DNA of 64,000 nucleotides from a virus (Duplodnaviria > Caudoviricetes): the IMG/VR virus record IMGVR_UViG_3300022654_000689, one strand, 5' to 3'. Of the stretch, positions 1 through 9,000 are shown piece after piece. Below the pieces are notes generated by a model. The model did not search any database, was not told the DNA's origin, and saw only the letters and a program-made list of their open reading frames with translations. Every line of letters begins with the position of its first letter. Positions within the stretch are counted from its first letter, which is position 1. Position numbers and translations under genes: made by a program.

Positions 1-192
1 TGGTAATTCCATACTTATTAAATTATTATAGTATTCTATTCCTGTTCGTTCTATCATATAATCATAGATATCGTTTGTTTCTCTATCAAATAATACAACT
101 CTGTTTTTATCATTATTATCTTTAAATGTTACTTTTACATATCTAGATTCTAAACCTTCTATAAACATTACATCGTTTACTAAATATATCAT
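1..192 (-). CDS. Small paralogue-family protein, truncated by window edge (MIYLVNDVMFIEGLESRYVKVTF...VLFDRETNDIYDY)
   Basis: Not in ORF track. ATG at 192 with AGGAGG RBS, open to the edge; shares RY and V.(F/Y)D motifs with the neighbouring ORFs. Confidence 0.7.
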   Translation of the reverse strand, partial: MIYLVNDVMFIEGLESRYVKVTFKDNNDKNRVVLFDRETNDIYDYMIERTGIEYYNNLISMELP

Positions 193-258
193 ATAAATAC
201 CTCCTAATTTGATCTAATAATTTTTATTACCATAGAAATAATATATAATTGAAATTTA

Positions 259-609
259 TTATAATACGCCTTCTACTATTCGTTTAGTAATTTCTTTATC
301 AAATTCTTCATGTTTATCTTTATTAAATTTAATAAAATTTAAAAATCTGCAAAGTACAGGATGGAATTGTCTACTAATGTTTTTATAAACATAAACTTTT
401 AGTTCTTTACCTGTCGTATCTCTGTATGTGAATGTATCATTGTATCCACTAAGCGGAGCTAGTGAATAAAGATAAAACTGTTTATCAACAGTATCGTATA
501 CAATCCATAATTGGTCTTCTTCGTAATTAATATCTATCATTATAAAATAATATCTACCTTCTATATCACTGGCTACTGTATCAACAAATCTAATAGAATA
601 TTGATCCAT
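259..609 (-). CDS. Small hypothetical protein, paralogue array member
   Basis: 116 aa, GGAGG RBS, GRYYFI / WIVYD motifs, C-terminus IVEGVL. Confidence 0.8.
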   Translation of the reverse strand: MDQYSIRFVDTVASDIEGRYYFIMIDINYEEDQLWIVYDTVDKQFYLYSLAPLSGYNDTFTYRDTTGKELKVYVYKNISRQFHPVLCRFLNFIKFNKDKHEEFDKEITKRIVEGVL

Positions 610-621
610 AATTTTATCCTC

Positions 622-999
622 CTATATCATAGATTCTATTACTTCTTTTTTACAAGATTCTATTAATGTATTATCATTGACGATATATTCTTCTAAATAC
701 ATAAACTTATCATCAACTAATTTTCCATATTCTGGTGTTTTGTAAATATATACATTAGCCATTACAGTAGTACAATCATCTAAATATAATGAATAACGAT
801 CGTTGTAAGACAATCCTTTAACATTATCAGTAATATATTCATAGCCGTAAATTTTTTCGTCAATACTATCGAATATCACCCACCACGCATCTTCAGTATC
901 AAATTCATCTTCTCTTATTCCTCTAAGTAGAATATTGTAATATCTTTCCGTTGATTCTGACAAATCAAGATCAATGACTTCTATAAATTTATAATACAT
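622..999 (-). CDS. Small hypothetical protein, paralogue array member
   Basis: 125 aa, RBS, ERYYNI / WVIFD motifs, C-terminus VIESMI. Confidence 0.8.
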   Translation of the reverse strand: MYYKFIEVIDLDLSESTERYYNILLRGIREDEFDTEDAWWVIFDSIDEKIYGYEYITDNVKGLSYNDRYSLYLDDCTTVMANVYIYKTPEYGKLVDDKFMYLEEYIVNDNTLIESCKKEVIESMI

Positions 1000-1017
1000 A
1001 GAAACCTCCTAATTTAA

Positions 1018-1416
1018 CTATAATAAATTATCAACTATCATTCTTTCTATATCTTTTGTAACTTCATCTAATTTTTCATAATTAAATACATATTCCATTA
1101 TAACTGGAGACATATATCCATTCATTTCATCTAACGAATATAATACACCATTTATACCAGCAATAATTTTACTTGAATTATAATTTTCTTTATTAATTAA
1201 ACTGTAATTATAAAATTTTTTATCATCATTGTCCCATATTAATCTTATTACATATATATTAAAAATAATATCGTTTAAATCTGAAGACACTTCTAATTCA
1301 ACTAAATAATATCTTTCGTTATCATTAATTGGGCTGACCAATTTAACTGAAAGTTCATTCCATATATCCGTTTGAATTTTAAATGTTGTAAATGGAGTTA
1401 TATACTTCTTATTCAT
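1018..1416 (-). CDS. Small hypothetical protein, paralogue array member
   Basis: 132 aa, ERYYLV / LIWD motifs, C-terminus IVDNLL. Confidence 0.8.
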   Translation of the reverse strand: MNKKYITPFTTFKIQTDIWNELSVKLVSPINDNERYYLVELEVSSDLNDIIFNIYVIRLIWDNDDKKFYNYSLINKENYNSSKIIAGINGVLYSLDEMNGYMSPVIMEYVFNYEKLDEVTKDIERMIVDNLL

Positions 1417-1420
1417 AATA

Positions 1421-1777
1421 TCACTCCCTATTAATTAACTCATTAAATTTTTCATCTACAGTTCGTTTATGCATTTCATAGAATTTTTTAAAATCTGTAG
1501 TGTACCTACTTCCATTGTTTACATTAATTAGAGTTATAAAATATTCATCATTGTTAGATAAATATTCAATATCATTATTAGAACGTAATCCGAAAAATGA
1601 CATATTAGGTTTTCTTAAAAAATCGAATATTGCTTTTTGCTCTTTATCATAAACTATATTAAATTCTGTATTGAACGTTTCTTTACCAATTCTTTCCTTA
1701 GCTATAATACTAACTAAATAATATCTTTCGTTTTTATCACTTAGTTCTCTATTAACATTTTTTAATTCAAATTCCAT
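1421..1777 (-). CDS. Small hypothetical protein, paralogue array member
   Basis: 118 aa, ERYYLV / IVYD motifs. Confidence 0.8.
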   Translation of the reverse strand: MEFELKNVNRELSDKNERYYLVSIIAKERIGKETFNTEFNIVYDKEQKAIFDFLRKPNMSFFGLRSNNDIEYLSNNDEYFITLINVNNGSRYTTDFKKFYEMHKRTVDEKFNELINRE

Positions 1778-1791
1778 ATTAATCTTCTCCT

Positions 1792-2178
1792 TTATAATAA
1801 ATTATCTATATAAGATTTTTCAATAAGCTTTTCAGTATACTCTATATTATCCGTAAGTTCTTTCATAACAGCATCAGTATCTATAATTACACCAATACAG
1901 CCTCTAACAACTTCCTTATCAACTTTAGTTGCATAATATGTTTTGTTATCGTTAGCTTCATATATAGCTACCACTTCACTTCCAGATATCTTTCTTTTCA
2001 TTAATACTACATGCTCAAATTTTTTTAATATAGTATCATATAAATATACAGGCCCGTATAATGTATCACGTATAGCAATTCGTATAAATATATATCTATC
2101 GTCTTTGCTGCATCTTTCAGTTTTAACTTCAATTTTTTCCATAATATCAAATATTGATTTCATAATATACTCCTCCAA
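1792..2178 (-). CDS. Small hypothetical protein, paralogue array member (true start probably ATG at 2163)
   Basis: DRYIFI / YLYD motifs, C-terminus YIDNLL; GGAGG lies just upstream of the ATG at 2163. Confidence 0.75.
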   Translation of the reverse strand: MEEYIMKSIFDIMEKIEVKTERCSKDDRYIFIRIAIRDTLYGPVYLYDTILKKFEHVVLMKRKISGSEVVAIYEANDNKTYYATKVDKEVVRGCIGVIIDTDAVMKELTDNIEYTEKLIEKSYIDNLL

Positions 2179-2186
2179 ATTTAATT

Positions 2187-2537
2187 TTATATCATACTAT
2201 CAACTACAATAGATTTTACTTTTTTAAAAAACTCTGTATTGTTTTTCATTTCGTTGTCTAGAAATTTTCCATGTTCAGAAAAAGTTATATCATCCATTAT
2301 CAATATAGGGGTTGGTTCCTTACTATAAAAACCTCTTATGAAAAAATCTGTATCTACGTCTATATCATCAGGATCCATTGTATAATTAACTAAACATTCG
2401 TTTAAAGTATCATATAAAAACCAATCAGTAATATACTCATCACCAACCATAATATCGAATTCTAAACTTACAAATCTACCACAAATAGTATTAAGATAAT
2501 CAACATTTTTTACCCCAATAATTTTAATATCACTCAA
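2187..2537 (-). CDS. Small hypothetical protein, paralogue array member
   Basis: 116 aa, GRFVSL / WFLYD motifs, C-terminus VVDSMI. Confidence 0.8.
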   Translation of the reverse strand: MSDIKIIGVKNVDYLNTICGRFVSLEFDIMVGDEYITDWFLYDTLNECLVNYTMDPDDIDVDTDFFIRGFYSKEPTPILIMDDITFSEHGKFLDNEMKNNTEFFKKVKSIVVDSMI

Positions 2538-2549
2538 TGATAAACCCCC

Positions 2550-2882
2550 TTATAATTGGATTTCTACTAAATGTCTTTCAAGTTCTTTAATAAGTGTTTC
2601 TTCCCCTACGGAATTCATATAATTAAAGAAAATTCTATCATTTTTATATTCACTAGGTGAAGCTTTATATACCGAATGTCCTTCTAAATCTATAAATAAT
2701 TTTTTAGACTCATCATCAGAATGGTATTCATGTGGAATAAGTTCCTTACTTAAACTATCATATAAAACAGTCCAATCACTATCAATTGTGAAATTATCAC
2801 ACATATAATATTGTATTAAGTAATATCTATCATCAGGATCAATTAAATGTATCTTCACAAATTCAACTTTTAATATTAACAT
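2550..2882 (-). CDS. Small hypothetical protein, paralogue array member
   Basis: 110 aa, DRYYLI / TVLYD motifs, C-terminus LVEIQL. Confidence 0.8.
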   Translation of the reverse strand: MLILKVEFVKIHLIDPDDRYYLIQYYMCDNFTIDSDWTVLYDSLSKELIPHEYHSDDESKKLFIDLEGHSVYKASPSEYKNDRIFFNYMNSVGEETLIKELERHLVEIQL

Positions 2883-2900
2883 AAATACCTCCTAGAAATA

Positions 2901-2926
2901 AAGGTAAGACTATACGGTCTTACCTT
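2901..2926 (-). terminator. Intrinsic terminator-like hairpin after RNAP beta' gene
   Basis: AAGGTAAGAC-6nt-GTCTTACCTT inverted repeat followed by a T-rich tract on the minus strand. Confidence 0.6.
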
Positions 2927-3476
2927 AATGATTTAGTATATGAATTCCTATAATTTGGTCTTTATCTAATGAAAGTTTCTTGTTAAATTTACCATCATTG
3001 TTACTTATGATTAAGTTTACAGGAGATAATATCTCAAATGTTTTCTTCATATCTTCATCAAATATAGGTACTACATTCAGAACGTCGCCATCAAAGTCAC
3101 CTGCTAATGACACAAGTAAATTATTACTTATACTTAATGTTAAATCACTATAGTCTTTCTTAATCTCTCCTATTCTTAAGAAGAATATTGACCCGATCGC
3201 TAAGGTTGGATTGCGGTTTAAAAGTATTCTTAAACCAGTTTTAGTCTTATTCTTTAATAACATTAAATACTTATACATCTCTTCATCGAATTTTAATGAT
3301 TTTTGTCTCCATATCTTTTCAGCTTCTATATAGTTTATATTCTTACTAGCACTTATCATACTTACTAATTGATACTTATAAAGCTCACAAGCGCCCACAT
3401 ATGGTATATCAACTTCATCTATTGGTGCGTTTATCTTTGGTGTTATAACGAATCTAGCTGAGAAGTTTATCTTGGA
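2925..3476 (-). CDS. rpoC: Phage multisubunit RNA polymerase beta' N-terminal subunit, exon 2 (catalytic DFDGD)
   Basis: SKINFSARFVITP (equivalent to KRVDxSxRSVI), LLNRNPTL, AGDFDGD motifs; joins exon 1 in frame after intron removal (about 415 aa spliced). Confidence 0.9.
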   Translation of the reverse strand, partial: SKINFSARFVITPKINAPIDEVDIPYVGACELYKYQLVSMISASKNINYIEAEKIWRQKSLKFDEEMYKYLMLLKNKTKTGLRILLNRNPTLAIGSIFFLRIGEIKKDYSDLTLSISNNLLVSLAGDFDGDVLNVVPIFDEDMKKTFEILSPVNLIISNNDGKFNKKLSLDKDQIIGIHILNH

Positions 3477-3564
3477 CATATATGTTAACTGTATATTTCT
3501 ATACAGATCAGACTATATCTTCACCATCTCTGGTGCTCCATGTTTCCACTCAATTAAGTGTACT

Positions 3565-4557
3565 CTACTCCCTTATTAACGGTTTCGATAGTCGTTGAAC
3601 TTCTATAAATTCTTCAATTAAATTTAATAACTCTTTTTTCTGTTTATAAGAAATACGTAATAATGGTATATTATGGTCTTTACAATAATTATTCTTAATT
3701 GAATCTCTTTGTTGACATTCTTTTAATTTTTCTTCCGGATTTCTATTAAGAATTTTATCATGATATTCACCATCATATTCAATTATACAATTTAAATCTG
3801 TAATATAAAAATCGAAACGAAGAGGGTAACCTGTTTTAGGATTTATTAAGCCATCAAAAGTTTTTTCAATTTCGAAATTTATGTTTTCAGATTCTAAATA
3901 CATTTGTATAAATTTTGTGGAATTTGATTGAATGTTTGAGGCACAGTATGGACATCTTCTGCCATCTAAAAATTTACCAGGACTAACTTTATATCTATTG
4001 CCACATTTTTTATGAGTTACAGAAATCTTACCATCACGCCCCTTATTAAACTTTTCTTCAAAATTATATTCATCATAATCAATACATTCTTTTTTAATTA
4101 GATTCATATAATAACTATGAGGTTTTCGTTTTTTAGAACCTATTCGTTCACCTCGGTGTTTAGGGCATCTTTGTCCTGATAGAAAATTATTAACTGTCAT
4201 TTCAAAAATATGTCCACACGTTATATGTTTAAATTTAACTTTGTCAGCAGTTGTTTTATAGTGTAACCAGTCATGTATTAAATATTCTGATTTACCTTCA
4301 ACATCAATACGTTTAATTATATCATTTTTACTTAATTTTTGATTACTAACATGTTCATTTTTTGAACATTCAGGGCATCCTGTAGCTTTTTTAGCAGTTA
4401 CATGGCATGCAGTAGTTTTCCACTTACAACCACATTTTAAACATTCAAATTCCATACGATTTTTAGCCAATGTATAAATATCATGAGTTATTATTGTTCC
4501 TTTTGATACGCGTTTTAAATCTTCTATAAACTCATTATGAGTTTTTCTTTTAGTCAT
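3565..4557 (-). CDS. Intron-encoded homing endonuclease: repeated Zn-ribbon DNA-binding modules plus C-terminal Vsr/DUF559-like PD-(D/E)XK nuclease
   Basis: CxxC and HxxCG...RCP repeats; LRFDFYI..IIEYDGEYH; 3' end reads through the intron R element (EVQRL). Confidence 0.88.
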   Translation of the reverse strand: MTKRKTHNEFIEDLKRVSKGTIITHDIYTLAKNRMEFECLKCGCKWKTTACHVTAKKATGCPECSKNEHVSNQKLSKNDIIKRIDVEGKSEYLIHDWLHYKTTADKVKFKHITCGHIFEMTVNNFLSGQRCPKHRGERIGSKKRKPHSYYMNLIKKECIDYDEYNFEEKFNKGRDGKISVTHKKCGNRYKVSPGKFLDGRRCPYCASNIQSNSTKFIQMYLESENINFEIEKTFDGLINPKTGYPLRFDFYITDLNCIIEYDGEYHDKILNRNPEEKLKECQQRDSIKNNYCKDHNIPLLRISYKQKKELLNLIEEFIEVQRLSKPLIRE

Positions 4558-4594
4558 AACAAAACCTCCACAAAAATTGATATAGTTTTGTTAT
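4556..4594 (-). promoter_or_regulatory. Late promoter (AACA-N6-TA, 4592-4581) plus start-sequestering hairpin for the homing endonuclease
   Basis: 10-bp inverted repeat 4556-4565/4585-4594 covers the end of GGAGG, the spacer and the AT of ATG; predicted +1 at 4581 lies downstream of the 5' arm. Confidence 0.75.
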
Positions 4595-4679
4595 AATTTT
4601 TGAAGAATTTATAGTAGCTGCTGATTGTCTCAATGAGAGGTTCCAGCAATTAATGGAGTTTTAATTGAGCTACCAATTA

Positions 4680-5375
4680 ACCCAAATTATTCTTTCTTAA
4701 CCATCCACGTTTACCCATAAGATAATCTTTTATTATTGTCATAAATATCTTATTAGCAAACATTTGTATATTGTATAATAACGGCATTATTATATATTCA
4801 GCTGTGATGCCATTTATCTCTTTAAGATATCTAAGTATCATATTGTATTCATTATTAATTTCATCAAACGTTATTGTATTCGAAATTAGAGTACAAGGTC
4901 TTTGTTTGGCATTTAATACAGGAAACTTGTTTATCCATACGTACTTCATATTAGCCATTATAAATTTATATTCATCTGGATACTTTTTCTGATTTCCCCA
5001 CTCATTGACTATTCTTACAAAATTATCTTTAAATTCTCTTAATCCTATATTATCATCTTTTTCGTCTTCTTCATTTTCTTCTTCAATTTCTCCTTCTCTA
5101 CTTATAAGTTTATCATATGATATTATCTTATTAAGTTTTTTAGTTCCTAATATTCGCTCTAAATGTTTAAACATAACTGGATTAATTATATAGTGTTCTT
5201 CTAAATCAATCCATCCTAATTCTTCATTTTCATCATCAGCCATATCTCCAAATATCTTTTCACTGAATACTCCATCTTCTGTAAACGTTTTATCTTTATT
5301 AAGTGGACTAAAATTAGTTATCTTATTCTCTTCTTTAAAGTCATTATTAAAATCTGCTAATTTTATCTTTTTCAT
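4680..5375 (-). CDS. rpoC: Phage RNA polymerase beta' N-terminal subunit, exon 1
   Basis: DGVFSEKIFG, LGWIDL, FPVLNAKQRP, GKRGWLRKNNLG are beta' N-terminal conserved motifs. Confidence 0.9.
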
Positions 5376-5412
5376 TACAACTCACTCCTTTAATTTTAAT
5401 TTAATGCTAATA

Positions 5413-5421
5413 TATAATATA
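5413..5421 (-). promoter_or_regulatory. Putative early phage promoter motif TATATTATA
   Basis: Same core recurs at 237-245(-), 20284, 21723, 60022 and 63278(+), upstream of non-structural genes. Confidence 0.5.
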
Positions 5422-5458
5422 TATTTTATTTATCTAATATTTTTATTAATTTGAGGTT

Positions 5459-5470
5459 AACAATACAATA
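5459..5470 (+). promoter_or_regulatory. Late promoter AACA-N6-TA
   Basis: AACA ATACAA TA upstream of the structural cluster. Confidence 0.65.
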
Positions 5471-5536
5471 TTATAATAATTAGGTTTTTTATTTCTAAAA
5501 AATTTAAAAATAGAAATAAAATAAGGAGGTAAAAAT

Positions 5537-5992
5537 ATGGAATATGGTTATATACTAATTTTAGCAATTTTATCAGGGGTGGGAGCATACAAATATGTAA
5601 AAACCAAACAACTTAAAGAAATTAAAATTTCAAAAATGGTTCCGCAACAAAGAGATATGGACATAGACTTTAAATATATGAAATTTTTAATTAAAGAAGA
5701 ATGTGATAATGTAGAAAAATTAGTACTTGACCCAAAACACCGAAATAAAGGTGAGTTTTCATTAATTGAAGACAATATTCATAAAGAAGCTGTAATACTA
5801 GCCAGTAAATCTGTATTGAATAAGTTATCCGAAGAACAATCAAAGATTATAGCTTTTTATTGTGGTGTAGATTCTTTAGAAAAATTTATATGTGATATAA
5901 TTATAAGAGATCTAAGAGACCGAGTTAATAAATTTAATAATAAAACACTTAGTAAATATAATATGAGTGACCTGTACAATGATGAAAAATAA
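5537..5992 (+). CDS. Hypothetical protein with N-terminal membrane anchor
   Basis: 151 aa, AAGGAGG RBS, hydrophobic residues 3-19. Confidence 0.75.
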   Translation: MEYGYILILAILSGVGAYKYVKTKQLKEIKISKMVPQQRDMDIDFKYMKFLIKEECDNVEKLVLDPKHRNKGEFSLIEDNIHKEAVILASKSVLNKLSEEQSKIIAFYCGVDSLEKFICDIIIRDLRDRVNKFNNKTLSKYNMSDLYNDEK

Positions 5993-6013
5993 AGAAAGGG
6001 GATGAATTAAGTA

Positions 6014-9000
6014 ATGTCAAAAACAAATAATGCGATTGAGGCGGCAGTGACGCCATTTAATAATTTTCATAAAAAGAGCATTATTAAAGATATCCCACCA
6101 TTGTATCTTTATAAATCTAAATATGATAATGTAATTTATATATCATATTTAGATAATGGAAATTGCACTATAGAAATAAGAGATAAAGATATGCATAAAA
6201 TTAAAAATATGCAAAGTAGACAACTAAATGAAAATATTATTTTTATTGATGAAACTGAAGATTTTTTATTTTGCATAACTGAAAACCTTAAAGTTTATAA
6301 ATATGAAAAAGATAAAACTTATGGTCTAGGTATGCGTGAAGAGATTGACTATGGTTTAAATCTTTTAAAAATGAATGACATTTATAATAATTTTTTCACA
6401 TCTAATGATACATATTTAATTTTAATAATTAATAATAATGCTTTTATAATTAATAAAATTACAAATAAATATTTTTTATATGAAAATATTTTCAATATAA
6501 ATGATTACACATATCTTATGGTTGGACCTGATAAAGACGAATATGTAATAACTAAAAAAAGTGAAAAAATTTTAATAAAACCTTTACATTTAAATTTAGA
6601 TGGCATAATGGAACCGTTATTCATCGCTACAACAGATAATGAACTCATTATTTGTTGTAAACACACAAATTCATATATTGACGAAAAAACTTTTATAAGA
6701 AAATTAAATTATAAATATTATGCAATCGTTTACAAATACAATGATAATCAGGAAACATTAGAACCGTATCCATATGAAATTCCTGAAGGATATGTTCCTA
6801 CATGTGTAGAAGGTTTTGATAAACATGCTGCATTTGGATTAAGAAATGAAAATATTAGTATTGAAGCGGATCAAAATAAACATTTATTATTAATTGTAGA
6901 TATTCCAAATTTATTAAATAATTCAGCTAATACAGAAAAAGAAAATTTAAAATTAGATATAACAAGACATAAACAATATAGTACTAAATTTAAAAATTCA
7001 AATTTTGTAAGTGTAACAAGAGATAATACGTATATATATGCTGGAAGTGAGAATGGTGATATTACAATATTTAATATAAACGATTTTTATGATACAAGTA
7101 GCCAATATAGAATAATAACTAAGAGGAATGAAGATTTTGTTATAACTCAATATGAAGATTATTTATCTTACATTCCAGGAAACACTACAGAATTAACATA
7201 TTTAGGTAATTCTAGTTTTTATATAAATAACGCATGTAATGGAAGACTAAATTTTATATATGTTGACGGTTATTATTTATATGCAGCTAGTAAAAATAAT
7301 CACGATATAACAGTATATATACGAGATGTAAAGCCTAGTATAGTTAAAGATTCTGATAAAATATATACTTACGTAAAAGATTCGTCATATATGATAAACT
7401 ATAGTGCAACTATTGATCATGATGATAAACTGATTCAATCACGTTATAGATTTAGTTTAATTATTAATGGAAAAACTACAATTATTAAAGATTGGTCTAC
7501 ATACTACTATTCTCGTTATAAAATAAAAGAAAAATTAGAAGTTAATCTTAAGAATTTAGATTATTATAATTGTAAACTTTTAATAGAAGTAGAAGATATT
7601 AACGGAGTTAAAGTAGATTCAGAATATGAATTAGATATGTTATTAGATAAAGAATGTAGATTATTTAGTAATAAAATTATTATACCATATAAAACGATAC
7701 CCGACAAAGATTTAACTCTTAAATATAGTTTTTATATCTTGAATAATGACACTCTTGAACTAATTGAACATGATGAGTTTAATATATTGTCTACTCATAA
7801 TACTGAATGGAATGTAACTATAGCAGAAGACAAATGCAAAAAGTTAGATGCTGATGGGAATCTTATAGATATTATAATTCCTCACATTAATACAACTCCG
7901 GTAAATATTCATAATTTTGACTATATAGAAATATATAAACCAGAAATAACTGATAATATTAAGAAAAAAATACTATATTTAACATATACATTTGAAGCTA
8001 AAGATGAAAATTGGTCTAAACGATATCCTGAAAATGATGAATATTATATTTATGACTTAAGCGAATTTTATAAACCTAAAGCTATTGCTAAAGCTGATGG
8101 AGGAATATCGAATATTGACAAATTTAATATTTTAGATTTGTCATACGGTCCAGGTATAGAAACAGTACAATCATTATTATTCAAAGGTGAATCTGGAAAT
8201 AAGTACGAAATGACAATAACTAATGAAGGTAATATAGCTCTTAACAAAGTAATTACTTCATCAGAAAATATAGTTGATAATATCAAATTATGTTTTAGAG
8301 TTAATGATAACTCTAAATATGATTTTGGAATAAAGTCACCTGATGGAAAAATATGGGATTTTGATATTATATCTAATAGTAATGGTAGACACAAACATAA
8401 ATATTTAGTGCCTTATTATGTAGATAATGAGAATACTTTAAGAAATTTATATGGTATGAAATATAAACTTAGAAATGATAGTTCTTCAGAAGAAAAAATA
8501 ATAACAGAAAACGTGGCAAAATATTTGGTAGGTAAAACTATTTATTTATACTCATCTAGTTCATATACATTTACTAATGGTTTAGAACGAGAAAATTTAT
8601 TTTTATATAAAAAAGATTATGACTATGATAACATTGAAAATATTGTTAAAGCATTGTCAAATCCTATAAAATCTAGCATAATACGTGATAACGAGTTAGA
8701 AAAATATAAACTTACAGATAAATATGATAAATATGGAGAACCTACTAATAATAAAAATAAAATAGGTTATACAATGCATCCTAATGGTTTAGCTGAAGAA
8801 ACATTTAAAGACCATAGTCATTATTTTAATGTATATATAGATGGTCTAAAACTGCCATATAAATATATAGAGTCTGATACTGATAAACGTGGTGAATATT
8901 CTGTAAAATTCGAATATGATAACACTAAAGAAACATCATTTATAATAGATTCTGATAAAAATAAATTAATAAATTATGACGATACCAGTTATAATAATTT

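Larger units (their letters stand above)
3477..4679 (-). mobile_element. Group I self-splicing intron (1203 nt) in RNAP beta' gene
   Basis: 5' splice after U of GGU with P1 pairing UUGGGU/UA:UAGCUCAA (U.G at junction); P AATTGCTGGAA, Q AATCAGCAGC, R GTTCAACGACTA, S AAGATATAGTCT; terminal G at 3477; splicing restores KNNLG-SKINFSAR. Confidence 0.93.
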
